Assembly: GCF_001194135.2 (NCBI RefSeq)
Contig: NC_068983.1
Location: 69,502,745 to 69,566,744, forward strand
Direction of reading: 5' to 3'
Source: Octopus bimaculoides
Taxonomy: Eukaryota
DNA: 64,000 nucleotides
Below are positions 36,186-49,204 of this stretch, piece by piece; the first letter of the stretch is position 1; every line of letters begins with the position of its first letter. A program made the position numbers and the translations under genes. The notes beneath the pieces are model-generated. The model did no database searches. It saw nothing but the letters and a program-made list of their open reading frames with translations, and was not told the origin of the DNA.

Positions 36186-36630
36186 TAAGTTGTAACAAGC
36201 TAGAATTCCTCAGAGAACTTGGTCTACACAGTATGAAGACATGGTTATATATATACTGAAGGCTAAAAAGTTTCAACATCACCTATAGGAATCAAGCCTT
36301 GTGTTTACTGTAAACTGTAGAGCCATGTTGATCTATTAACATCCACTTTCCATGCTGGCATGGATTAGATGGTTAGACTGGAACTGGTAAGCTGGAGGGC
36401 TCCATCAGGTTCCAATCTGATTTGGCACGGTTTCTATGACTGGATGCCCTTCCTAATGCCAACCACTCCAAGAGTGCAGTGGGTGCTTTTTACATGCCTC
36501 CGTGCCATATCTTCAATTATGAATGCTATATTTAAAACTGTCTGTAGTAAAATGAGTCTTGTAAGATAAAGTTGATAACTTAAGTGTGATTTCTTCAGTG
36601 AAATATTACTTTACTTCTCTCTTTTCTCAG

Positions 36631-36801
36631 ATCTTAAGAGATATGTATCACAAGTGTAATTTAGTCCATGCTGATCTCAGTGAATATAATTTGTTGTGGC
36701 ATGACAACATTGTGTGGGTAATAGACGTTAGCCAGTCTGTTGAGCTCAGCCATCCTTCAGCAATGGAATTTCTTCTGCGAGATTGCTTCAACATTTGTAA
36801 A
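36631..36801 (+). CDS. RIOK3: RIOK3 coding exon 9 (catalytic loop LVHADLSEYN and metal-binding IDVSQSVE)
   Basis: Acceptor cttttctcag, donor aaa|gtaagt, phase 0/0. Both catalytic Asp residues are present. Confidence 0.97.
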
Positions 36802-38427
36802 GTAAGTATAAAATTTTATCTGCTTGAATTTTGCTCATCTTACAGGGGATATCATGCAACAAACGAACCAAACATTTAATAACGTTGACAAATTTAAGCA
36901 AGTGTGTATGATGTAGGGAAAATATGAGTATGGAATTTGCAAAGTACATGGTGTTGTCTCAACCGTTTTGATACCAATTCATTGGAGACCATCCTTCGTT
37001 CTAAATTTCCTGTTTCAAAGTGATTTAAATTAAAACCGTCCATTGAAATTTCCTGGTAATTTATGTTTTAAACACCAGATAATTTATAACAAAATTCTTC
37101 ATTATTTTTTAACATTTATTGAAACAAATGCAGTGTATTTCAATAGAGAAAAAATAACAACAATAGAAAAAGGGCCAAACAGTTCTCCCTGGTAAAAGGC
37201 TTTGCTTTAAACACTAATATTCTAATCTCCCAAATAGCATCTAAACTTGCAGACAGTTTCTAACTTCAGTAAATGATTTTTGCCAATGCACCTTATTGTA
37301 AGTTTCCTCAAACTTTATTCAAACTGCACTACTTCTTACATTTTCCATTCTACTCTATAAATATCTACAGATGTGATGTTATTGTTTTCAGTCTTTAATA
37401 TTATTAGTTCCACCATTATTGCAGTGGGGTCATTAGAGAGGAAATATAATAATGTATACAAATGCTATATGTAGGAGGTTTGTGTTACAAGTTTGATGCA
37501 GAGAGTGTGAGGGATCTATTGCAACAGGAGAAGGATGAATGAACGTAGTCAGCTGGACACAATACAAGATGAATGAGGGCAGCTGAGTGGAAAAAGTAAC
37601 AGCATTGAAAGGTCTGATCAATGGATGCACTAACAATGACTTCACTAGCGCATAAATGGACAGTATATGTTGACAGAATATGATATAATGGTAGTTATAA
37701 TGAAGGTGCATGGCTCATTAGTTAATGTCAGGTTCACAATCATGAGGTAGTGAGTTCGATTCCTGGACCAGGCTGTGTGTTGTGTTATTGAGCAAGATAC
37801 TTTATTTCACATTGCTCCAGTTCACTCAGCCAAACTATATCAGCATTTGATTTTCCCTTGGATAACATCAGTAGCATGGAGAAGAGAAGCTGGAATGCAT
37901 GGGCAACTGCTGGTCTTCCATAAACAACCTTGCCTGGACTTGTGCCTCAGAGGGTAACTTTCTTGGTGCAATCCCATGAACCAAAGGGGGTCTTCATTCA
38001 GTCCCTTAGCCATGGTTATGCCCTGTAATATAATATTTTTGTATGGTAATGTTGGGTTCTGTGACTAGTGGATTCTCCATAGAAGAAGTTTTTGAAAAAT
38101 TAGCAGTAGCTGTGTTGGAGCTGAGTGGTTTAATTCTTTAGCGTTTAGATTTCTTTGTCAAATGTAATGCTTATTTATTCACATTGTTTTGAATTAATCA
38201 CATTATCCTGTAGCTTCAAGATTTCAATGGTGTGTTTGTATATTTTTAGAATGACATTGTAGGGTAGGTGTGAGAGGTTGGATCTGGTCAGTTTTAACAT
38301 AAAACAGGTAAAATATTTGGGATGGATATGGCTGGATTAAATGGTAAAGCTACAGGTGAAATTTCTTATCAGTAGTTCTTTTGCTGAACTTGAAAAATAT
38401 TGACATTTTCTAACATTTCTTTTTCAG

Positions 38428-38532
38428 TTCTTTGAAAGCAATAATGTACCAGATATTCCCACTCCTGAAGAACTTTTCAATAGTGTCACAGATCTTCATT
38501 TTGAAGGCAAAGGTTCACTTTTTCTACATGCT
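38428..38532 (+). CDS. RIOK3: RIOK3 coding exon 10 (FFESNNVPDIPTPEELFNSVTDLHFEGKGSLFLHA)
   Basis: Acceptor ttctttttcag, donor gct|gtaagt, phase 0/0. FF...ELFN.V matches the RIO C-lobe. Confidence 0.92.
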
Positions 38533-39054
38533 GTAAGTTATCCACAAAGATTTAGTTCTATTTTTCATTTAAAACAATTAGAGCCAGTGATTTTTTTCAG
38601 TTTGTGGTGATGCTAATGGTGGGAGTTCATACACAAAGACATTATTAGAGATAGTTAAAAATTTTCTACTGCCAGGAATGTTAGCATTTCTTGATGTACA
38701 TGGGTGGCTGAATTTAATGTCAGCCAAAATAGTTTGAAGTATTTAGTTACATCCCTTTATGTTCTCAATTCCAACTAGCGCTACTTTCATTTTTCTACTT
38801 TCTGGGTAGATATTCCAATAGATAAGGAACTGTTGCAGTTATTTTATTAAATCTTCCTAATTCAGTATTTAAAAAATCAATTGTAGTACATACATAGTGT
38901 GTAATTATTATGAATTTGTTAAGCTGTTGCTCGTCCTACCTGTTTATTCAAGTAGAAACTATCCTATGTAAATTGTTTATTGATAACCATTGATCAGATG
39001 ATCCTAACAGTTAAATGTCAATTCTGAAGGAATTCACTGTTTGTTTTTTCACAG

Positions 39055-39210
39055 GTTCAACGTTTTGACAAAGATAAGAAGGAAAAATTTAGAGCGTGTA
39101 AAGATTCTGAGAATTATGCTTTTGATTATTTTTTTGAAAATTCTGTTCCTGGATTAACAGAACCAGATGATGAAGAGAATTTGAACAGTGAAGATGCTGA
39201 TTCAAGTTAA
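39055..39210 (+). CDS. RIOK3: RIOK3 terminal coding exon 11 (VQRFDKDKKE...DDEENLNSEDADSS*)
   Basis: Acceptor gttttttcacag, phase 0, 52 codons ending in TAA at 39208-39210. The 11 exons sum to 1743 nt (580 aa plus stop). Confidence 0.88.
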   Translation, partial: VQRFDKDKKEKFRACKDSENYAFDYFFENSVPGLTEPDDEENLNSEDADSS

Positions 39211-39862
39211 TTCATGTCATATTTGAGTAAATATGCTGTTCTTCTTTGAAAGACTATCTTCTCCTGTTTCTAACTTCCTTTTGCTTTATCAAGCTTTCAT
39301 TCTTCCCCACCGTCAGGTCTTTAATATTCCTCATTTATATGCATTATTATGCAGATTATTCTTTCCTTATATTTATGTCCAGATTGTCTCCTGTGATTAT
39401 ATATTTAATGAAATGCTAGAATCCAAGGAGACTAATATTTGACTGTGTTAGCAAAAGCATCAATTCAACAAAAATTTATGAAACAGACTGTCTATTGTGA
39501 GTGGGAGATAATTATATTTCAAGTCAGGGCCCATCGTCAGAAGGAAAATATAAAATACACACCATCTTTGACAGTGTAAGGTCCCTTTGCATTTTCTTCT
39601 TGTGGCACACAATCATATTCTGTTTTGTGAACTTTATTTTGCTGAATAAGAATTTTGTTTAAATTAACTTAGACACGGTCCTTCTTTTTACCCCTAAAAC
39701 CCATGTGCCAACTTGCAAATGAAGGCAGGAACTAACAAAGTAGTAAAGAAAAGATTGAGCCTCACTGAATGTAAATGATTCTAGCTATTCTAGCCTGTCC
39801 ATTTCAGTAAGCTCTTATGTTTTAAATACTCGAGAAGAACTAGTTGGTTAAAATATTTCCAC

Positions 39863-39906
<44 letters not shown>

Positions 39907-40107
39907 GCACACACACACACATATACACACACACACATATATATATATATTTATTTATGTGTGTGTTGGTATAAACACAATGCTTATGACGTTAATGTTA
40001 GACTGTTCACCAAATAATAATGACTACTACATCTGTTGCTTTGTATGTGTCCCCTGCCCCACCAAGGCATCTAATTATGTTTCCTCCATTGTTTCTTTAC
40101 TAAATGG

Positions 40108-40113
40108 AATAAA
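40108..40113 (+). terminator. Candidate RIOK3 polyadenylation signal AATAAA (about 0.9 kb 3' UTR)
   Basis: First canonical AATAAA I noticed downstream of the stop, with T-rich sequence further 3'. The cleavage site cannot be determined. Confidence 0.35.
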
Positions 40114-43100
40114 AGAAAGTTGATGCAATTGGTAACATCAGTAATCAGATCATAGGTGCATGAAGACATTTTTTTGATGCTCAGTTGTATGTAATGCTAT
40201 TACAAAACAAAACAAAAACTAACACAAGAAAACAAAACAAGTGTGTATCTGTTTTTTTTTTTTTTAATGTTTACCATGATTCTACCACAATGCAAAAGAA
40301 AAAAAAATTGAAAAGAATCACGAAAGTGTTTCAGCTTTGTGGTAAAGTGGGTAGCAGTTGAAAAAGGAATATAATTATGAAACTAAGTGTTCTACCTTGA
40401 AAAATGGTTGTAAAGAAGTAACAGAAAGGAAGTTGCATATGCATTCACATGAAGACATGCACACAGGAATATACATTTGCATACACATGCATATGCACGT
40501 CTATATCAGCATGTACAAATATGTATGTGTTTATACATGAAGGCTCATGCATTCTTACTTGTGGATGCATTTTCTCATATATGCTTACATATATATGAAC
40601 ACATAAGAACATGAATTCATACAACATGTACTTACATGTACTTCTCTGTTAAGACTAAAGCAAACTAGAGAATTCATACATGTGTATGTACACACAAATA
40701 TACATACTCATACATTTAGTATACACATATGTATGTATTTACATACATATATATCAGCAACAGTTGATTGAGGGTATATCAAGTGCAGCATAGGTGACCT
40801 AGAAACACAGATTAAACTCAGACACTCCACATTGTATGGTGAATTGAACTCTTGTATAAAGTCCTACCTCCTGATATGATCCAATGTAATCTTTCTATAT
40901 AGGGTAGATTCCTCCTTCTCACTACCAATGCAAAACCTCTACAGTGCAAGGTAAACCCTTAGTATACATCAATGTCAGTCGTGTATATTAGGAGCCAATT
41001 TTGATGTGATCATTGACATAATTTGTTGAAGCAATGCAACATAACTGTTATCAATGCTGCAAGCTGATTAAAACACTTATCAACTATATGCTGCTCTAGC
41101 TGAACTGTTTGCTATGTAACTACAGTTTAAGGAACTGGTCCTTGGCCATACAGAGAAAAACAGAGACTATTGACCCTTTGGTCAAAAGTCCAGCCAACAT
41201 CTAATTGATCCTATTAACTGTGACTGTATCACCNNNNNNNNNNNNNNNNNNNNNNNNNNNNNNNNNNNNCCAAACAAACACTTGCACCTAAAAAAAAAGA
41301 TTATGTAGTTGAAGAAAAATATATTTGTGTGTGAAATTGTGGAGTTTGAAGCTTTGTCCAAAGAACTGAGTGATTTTTATAATCTCAAATTGTTTCTAGT
41401 CAGAAGGATGGCAAGTGAGGTAGGAGCAGACATCCTAGATGTAGATGTGATGGAGTACAATATTTCCTGGGCCTGTGGAGCTTTTTAATTAAAATGGTAG
41501 TACCAAGTGTCTGTGTGACTGGGTTCTGAGAATCCTTGCTACAACCTTGTTTTTACTGTTAATTACTGAACACTATAAGGTGGTGAGCTTGCAGAATGGT
41601 TAGTGCATTGGACAAAATGCTTGATGATATTCCTTCAGTCACTTTATGTTCTAAGTTCAAATCCCACTGAGATCAATTTTGCTTTTTGTCCTTTCAGAAT
41701 CAATAAAATAAAGTACCAGTCAAGTACTGGGGTTGATGTAATTTACTTACCCTCTCCCCTCAAGACGACTTTCCTTTCAACATTTGGAACAATTATTGAA
41801 CATCATACAATGTCACAGTTTTCGTAATGGTGTCAGTTATGCTGCCCCCCTCACCACTACACCACTACCACTTATTCCAAAAACAATGTGATTATTATTC
41901 AGTTTGATCCAGTTATTAATTAGTACTAGTTGGGAACTAGTGTAATGGCTACTGTACAGCTAAATGGAAGTGGTATTCTGGTAATCAAGTGATATACCTA
42001 CAGTGAATAACTGACTACTGGACACTGTGGAGCTACATCAAGTAGGAAATGGTTGTTGTTGTTTAGCTCCATCATCATCATCATCATCGTTTAACGTCCG
42101 CTTTCCATGCTAGCATGGGTTGGACGATTTGACTGAGGACTGGTGAACCAGAAGGCTTACAACAGGCTCCAATCTGATTTGGCAGTTTCTACAGTTGGAT
42201 GCCCTTCCTAATGCCAACCACTCCGAGAGTGAGTGGGTGCTTAAAGATACTTTAGTTGTACTTTGTTACCCCTACTCTACCTGATACTACATCCATGTTG
42301 ACTCGTATGCACTCCTCTACAACGCACACACATCAGATAGCCTCATACACACATACATATACACAAACAAAATACACACACAAGCACACACTAACTTCAT
42401 ACACACACACTTTATCCAACAGCCCCATATTCACACACTAACTGAAAGCAGGGACACATACTTGCTCTCATACACAAACACATTATATACATGCACACAG
42501 TAGTCACATACACACTTATATTCGATACACATATCACATATCAGATAGCCTCACACACCCACACATACATTAGCATCACATACTCATACACACATCCATG
42601 TGCTCACCCACCCACACACACACACTTTAGCTTGGCCACTGTCGTCTCCCTTGCCACTCATGCCTCCAGCCACTTCTTTTCTGGTCAATTCAACATGTGT
42701 AACCGTTAATTTGGACATATTTTTTCTCCCCATTTTGTTCTTTCTCTTTTTTTCCTCCTCACTCTTCTTTCTAGAAGAGCATAGGTTTGAAACATCAAAG
42801 ACTTTTTCTATTTTTCCTGAGTGTCAAACTAATACACCCTCTTTGTTGTTCTTTTGCCTGTCTTTTTTTCTATATTTTTGAATTGTTTTTAGAAAGATTT
42901 ATTTTGGTTGCTTGATACTTGCAGTTTAGTATTTTTCAAAGCATCTCATGCTGTCTTAAAAAGTGATGCTTATTTTAGATAATGAAGTCCTAGTTAGTCT
43001 TAGAAAATAGTTGGGTTGGCCATAGTTGGAATGCTTTTAAGCATAGATCTGATCAGTTAAACCTCATTTGAGGCCAAACGACAACATATGATTTGAATGT

Positions 43101-44599
43101 ATCGAGTATCCAGTGGAATACTTGATGCATTCAAATAGCTACTTGATGTGTGGTGAATTGATCATGTTATTATGTACAATCATAAATTCCACTGCCAGAA
43201 TGAACCACTCAAATTTACATACCACTAAAATCGAAGTTTTGATTTTAGCATACATAAGTCATGGATATTTGTTTACTTTCATCAATATAGAATTTTTGAG
43301 TGGTTGAATTTTTTTTTTTATTAACACCTAATCATAGAATGAAAAGCAATACTCATGATCCTTTATATATTCTGGGTATCTAAGATAGGTGGCCATTAAA
43401 CAGGTTGTGATGCTGAATGAAGTGATGGTTATGTCTGTCACTTGGAAAATTGGAATGCAAAGAGCTGAAACAAACATTGCAAAGTTTTCTGTATCTGATG
43501 TTCTAACAGTTTTGCCCCCGATTTACTTGGGTCAGCTAAGTAAAGTATTAATAGCTTTAGTTATGATGTTAAAAACAAAATTAAATGTATAGTTTTTTTA
43601 ACAACTAATTTTGGATTGAATGAAGAATATGTGGTAATATTTTTAAAAATATTTTAAACTAAAACATAAAAGGAAAAAAAATGTTATTTTAATATACTTT
43701 CTTTTTCCATTATATGGAACTTTGTTGAACCAATAATTAAACTACTTATAAAATATTCTTCATTCAGTTCTTGAGTAACCCTAAAGAAATTTATGAATGT
43801 CATATATCTATCTATCTATCTATCTATCTACCTATCTTTATACACACACACACACATGAATTCACACAAACATATAAATTGAAAGAGAATATATTCTGTA
43901 AATTTTTGAAAATTAAATTTGGGTTTATAATTGTTATTCAATATTTGCCCTAAATAACAGTTAATTGTAACTGTTACTGATTATCTTATAAGATCATCTT
44001 ATGAGATTATTGGCTTCCGACAGCAGCAAAAAATGTATTTATTTTTTTTATACAGACCTTATTTTAACCTCTGTATGAAGATACCCGCTTGTAAATCTAT
44101 TTTATTATAAACAATAAAATAAATTACATAATTTTTTTTTTTAATGTCAATTCGTAATTTATTAAATTTTATTATTTATATTCGTTTTATAGAATTTTGT
44201 TTTGGTATAGCCCCTATAGCAAGACTGTCAGTATCCTCAGGGGCCCACAGTGTTAAATGTGGCCTTCCTTTTTGTAAGATGTGAAATTCATTTTAAGGGA
44301 GGTTTGGTTGCTATCTCTTGCTTTTTGAGCATTCAAATAGTAGTTTTCTTGTTGGTTTATAATAATTGTTTGGTAGATACAGTGGCAGGCAACTTCACAT
44401 TTTTATATAAACTTAGGAAGGGCATCCAGCTGTAGAAACTCTGCCAAATCAGATTGGAGCCTAGTGTAGCCTTCGGGTTCCACCAGTCTTCAGTCAAATC
44501 GTCCAACCCATGCTAGCATGGAAAGTGGACGTTAAACGATGATGATGATATAGGGGAGGTAATCATGAGTTAGGAAATGAAAAGACAAGCAGAGATATC

Positions 44600-44735
44600 T
44601 TTGGGCAGTTTATCTTATTCTTTGTAAGCCTAGTACTTGTTCTATCGGTCTCTTGCCGAACCGCTTAGTTACGGGGATGTAAACACACCACCATCGGTTG
44701 TCAAGCGAAGTTGGGGGGGACAAACACAGACATAC

Positions 44736-44766
<31 letters not shown>

Positions 44767-44932
44767 TATTATGACGGGCTTCTTTCAGTTTCCGTCTACC
44801 TAATCCACTCACAAGGCTTTGGTTGGCCCGAGGCTATAGTAGAAGACACTTGCCCAAGGTGCCACACGGTGGGAATGAACCCGGAACCATGTGGTTGGTA
44901 AGCAAGCTACTTACCACACAGCCACTCCTGCG
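44600..44932 (-). mobile_element. tRNA-derived CORE-like SINE family B with central microsatellite (other copies: 10875-11540, 12205-12300, 15695-16012, 31440-31560, 46780-46985, 47400-47735, 48650-48742, 49240-49520, 49880-50345)
   Basis: Head gcaggagtggctgtgtggtaag...ggttc, CORE-like tggcaccttgggcaagtgtcttct, TA/CA linker, tail cagcatggccgcagtcaaatgactgaaacaagtaaaaga. Confidence 0.85.
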
Positions 44933-47900
44933 ATTTAAAATTTAAATTGCAAAACAGACAACTAGTATTTAGAATTCGCTGTGTATACCTACATATCTGA
45001 AGGGTAACTGTAAGCAGGACTTGTATAAATATTTTATAAAGAATATCTCTTGTTTTGTTTGCAATATACTTTTCCTTATCTATGTGACATAGCTCTTCTG
45101 AAAGGTCATATGCATAACTAATTACTTTGTGAAAACGAAAACAATTATTGACTGAATATTTATTTTTTATTTTTTTTATCTCTTATTTTAAAATATCTTC
45201 TTATGCAATGCTTTATGTGACACATCTCAAATTGCTGTGTATTTATATTTTTGCAGGAAGGACAAAAAAAACAAAACCTTATTTTTACCAAATCACTTGT
45301 AGCCTTCGTCGTCTTCAAAATAGCCAAAGGAAGGCTTGGTTGGATTTAACAGGTCTGATTTCTATCAGGAATGTGGCAGAAATTAATCTGAAAACTCAAT
45401 CTTCAGCAATATAATAGTGCTTATAAAAGTAATAAATGTTATTAATTAGTTTATTTATTTATTACTAAATTATTTAATAAATGCTAAAATAAGTAGAATG
45501 GTTTCATAAATAAAGATAAGAAAATTTGGTTTAATTTAATTTTTCGGCTGAATATTGTTAAGCGTCGCCTTCCTGGCACTTGTGCCGGTAGCACATGTAA
45601 AGACATTCGAACGAGATTGTTGCCAGTGCCGCTGGACTGGCTCCTGTGCAGGTGGCACATAAAATACACCATTTCGAGTGTGGCTGTTGCCAGTACCGCC
45701 TGACTGGCCTTCGTGCCGGTGGCACGTAAAAGCACCCACTACACTCTCTTTTGTGGTAGGCGTTAAGAAGGGCATCCAGCTGTAAAAACTCTGCCAAATC
45801 AGATTGGAGCCTGGTGTAGCCATGCGGTTTCAGCAGTCCTCAGTCAAATCGTCCAACCCATGCTAGCAAGGAAAGCGGATGTTAAACGATGTTGATGATG
45901 ATGATGAGTGTTATTTGGTCACATTTTCAGTGAAGATAGGTGACTATTCTTTGCTACATCAATGAAGACAATTTGGTTAACTTCTAGCTATTGAATTTAA
46001 ATAAATATATTTTCATGTCCTATTTAGATAAATAACTGAGTCCATTTTAGCAATTTAGTGATTCTGTAGTTATCTGAAACTGTGGTGCAGGCTAATTAAC
46101 CATACATTAATTTTACAACATTCTTGTTGCCTATAATAGTGAAGTATATGTTCCCTGTTTATAAGTAGCTGCTAAAGTTGAGTGTTCATTTCCCAGCATG
46201 ATGGAACCCAGTATCTGTGAATAAAGGATGCAGTTCTGCATCTTATGAACAATAGCCTCTCAAATGATAGTCTGACTCTGTCAACATATCTGACTGTCCT
46301 TTTACCAGTTTTGATATCACCTAAACCTATGGTTATCAAGCTGACATATACCAGACCCTGTTGAAATGGTGAAAATTTTTGGTACCCCTGATTCTTCACC
46401 ATCAAGAAGACAAACATGGTTTGCATCCATATAATTCTTTTGTCGTGAGCATTATTTTAGTCAAGTGTAAAATTTTGGTAATCATCATCATTATTTAATA
46501 AACGTAGCAATTTGTCCATTTCCTTTAACCCTGACATGGTGTTCATGCTCTTGTGGGAATATCTTAAATGTCATCTCTGCTGGATTTGCAGTAAAATAGT
46601 AATGAACAGCATACATAGAAAGAGAAGATGCAGCTGATTCTGTCCATTAATTTGCCTGCAGTCATTATTCTTAATTCTGTTCTTGCTTCTCGACCACATG
46701 GTTCTAAGATCAGTCTCACTGTGTAGAACCTTAGGTTTGACCAAAATATTGTGCATGAAAGAAGTCCATCATATTTATGTGTCTGTGTTTTTCCCCACCA
46801 CCACTTGACAACCGGTGTTGGTATGGTTACGTCCTTGTAACTTAGCAGTTTGGCAAAAGAGACTCATAGAATAAGGACTAGGCTTAAGAAAAAACAAGTC
46901 CTGGGGTCGATTTGTTTGACTAAAACCCTTCAAGGGGCTGCCTCAGCATGGCTGCAGTCAAATAACTGAAACAAATAAAAGATAGTTATTTCAATTTGTA
47001 GAATTTCATTCTTGTTTTAGATTAGGCCCTGTTGGACCCTAATCAACCAAAGTTTAAGGTGAAAGACATTTCAGCTGTCACCATCCTGAAATTTTGTATA
47101 CCTGGGGCTCCATTGTTAAATGTGGCCTTCCTTTTTGTAAGTCTGAGGTGTATTTTTAAGGGAGTTTTGGTTGCTATTTTTTTCAGGTTGACCATCATAT
47201 GGTAGTTTTCTTGTTAGTTCATAATATTTCTTTGACTGATACAGTGGCAGGCAACATGAAAATACATATTAACTGGAGGCTACAGGGGAGGTAATCATGC
47301 AACTAGTTATTTTTTGCTCAAGTGAAGGGTAAAGTTAGACACATTAGCCTAGTTCTGAGAGGGCTAAGAAACATTGACCTTGATATATGTACCTATACTC
47401 TCTCTCTTTTACTCTTTTACTTGTTTCAGTCATTTGACTGTGGCCATGCTGGAGCACTACCTTTAGTCGAGCAAATTGACCCCAGGACTTATTCTTTGTA
47501 AGCCTAGTACTTATTCTATCGGTCTCTTTTGCCGAACCGCTAAGTTACGTGGACGTAAACACACTAGCATCGGTTGTCAAGCGATGTTGGGGGGGACAGA
47601 CACTCAAACACACATACACACACATATATATATGCATATATACGACAGGCTTCTTTCAGTTTCTGTCTACCAAATCCACTCACAAGGCTTTGGTCGGCCC
47701 GAGGCTATAGCAGAAGACACTTGCCCAAGGTGCCACGCCCAAGTCTTGAATTGTTGTCTGACTGTCAGTGTCAAACCGATACTTTTGTTACCAGTGGTGA
47801 TATCAGCTTGACCCATGTATGTCAATGAGTGGGAGCTTTCGATGATATTCTGAATTTGGTAACACTTACATGCCATATACTTGAAATTAGCAGTGATATG

Positions 47901-48358
47901 ACTTTATGACATATATAGAAGAAATTAAAACTAACTTGATAACATTTCGTTGAAGCAGTGTCATTTTATGTAATAAAATACTTTGTCACGACTGCACATG
48001 AAGTGCAGATATACGGGTTATTGCAATTTTTAACTGAAAGACATCTGTCTGGTGAACGAATATACAAGGAAATGAAATGAAGTTTTAATGCCAACCCATG
48101 TCATGACTTCGGAAACGTGTGTCCATAATACGGTGTAAGGGAGATAATTCATGAATCATTGTTGGTTCATTTTTTTACGACAGTCTTTCATTACATTTTT
48201 CAATGTTTGAGCAGAGAACTATTCTTGGCTCAATTCAGGCTGACCGGGATCAAGTAGAACTAAGATAAAAAGCGTTCCAGTCATGACCATCCTATTTTCT
48301 ATTCAGTCAAAGAGTATTTAATCAGTAACATGCATATATACATTCGCATATATGTATA

Positions 48359-48615
48359 CAGGGTAATTAAAAAGTAACTCCCAATTTTAAAATACTTATA
48401 ATTTATTTATTAACTATAATTTTTAGAAAATATGAATATCTGAAGAAAGCGTATAGCATGGAGTTTTATTTAAAATTCGATATGGGCACCAGCTTCTCAA
48501 GCCACTCGGGAACCGCATCAACTGATTTCACCAGGAACTCTTGTTGGACGGAAGACAACTTCTCGTATAGTTAATAAATAGATTATAAATAGAGAGTTAC
48601 TTCTCAATCACCCTG
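48359..48615. mobile_element. Tc1/mariner-superfamily MITE
   Basis: TA|CAGGGTAATTAAAAAGTAACTC ... GAGTTACTTCTCAATCACCCTG|TA. Confidence 0.8.
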
Positions 48616-48621
48616 TATATG

Positions 48622-48652
<31 letters not shown>

Positions 48653-49173
48653 GTATGTATTATTTGTATCAGTCATTTGACTGCGGCCATGCTGGAGCAC
48701 CGCCTTTAGTCGAACAAATCGACCCCAGTACTTATTCTTTGTNNNNNNNNNNNNNNNNNNNNNNNNNNNNNNNNNNNNNNNNNNNNNNNNNNNNNNNNNN
48801 NNNNNNNNNNNNNNNNNNNNNNNNNNNNNNNNNNNNNNNNNNNNNNNNNNNNNNNNNNNNNNNNNNNNNNNNNNNNNNNNNNNNNNNNNNNNNNNNNNNN
48901 NNNNNNNNNNNNNNNNNNNNNNNNNNNNNNNNNNNNNNNNNNNNNNNNNNNNNNNNNNNNNNNNNNNNNNNNNNNNNNNNNNNNNNNNNNNNNNNNNNNN
49001 NNNNNNNNNNNNNNNNNNNNNNNNNNNNNNNNNNNNNNNNNNNNNNNNNNNNNNNNNNNNNNNNNNNNNNNNNNNNNNNNNNNNNNNNNNNNNNNNNNNN
49101 NNNNNNNNNNNNNNNNNNNNNNNNNNNNNNNNNNNNNNNNNNNNNNNNNNNNNNNNNNNNNNNNNNNNNTATA

Positions 49174-49204
<31 letters not shown>

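Noticed and set aside
46310-46345. TIGLGD resembling a two-pore K+ channel selectivity filter
   Set aside because: No following transmembrane helix, and the paralogous segment reads YMGQAD, so the filter motif is not conserved.
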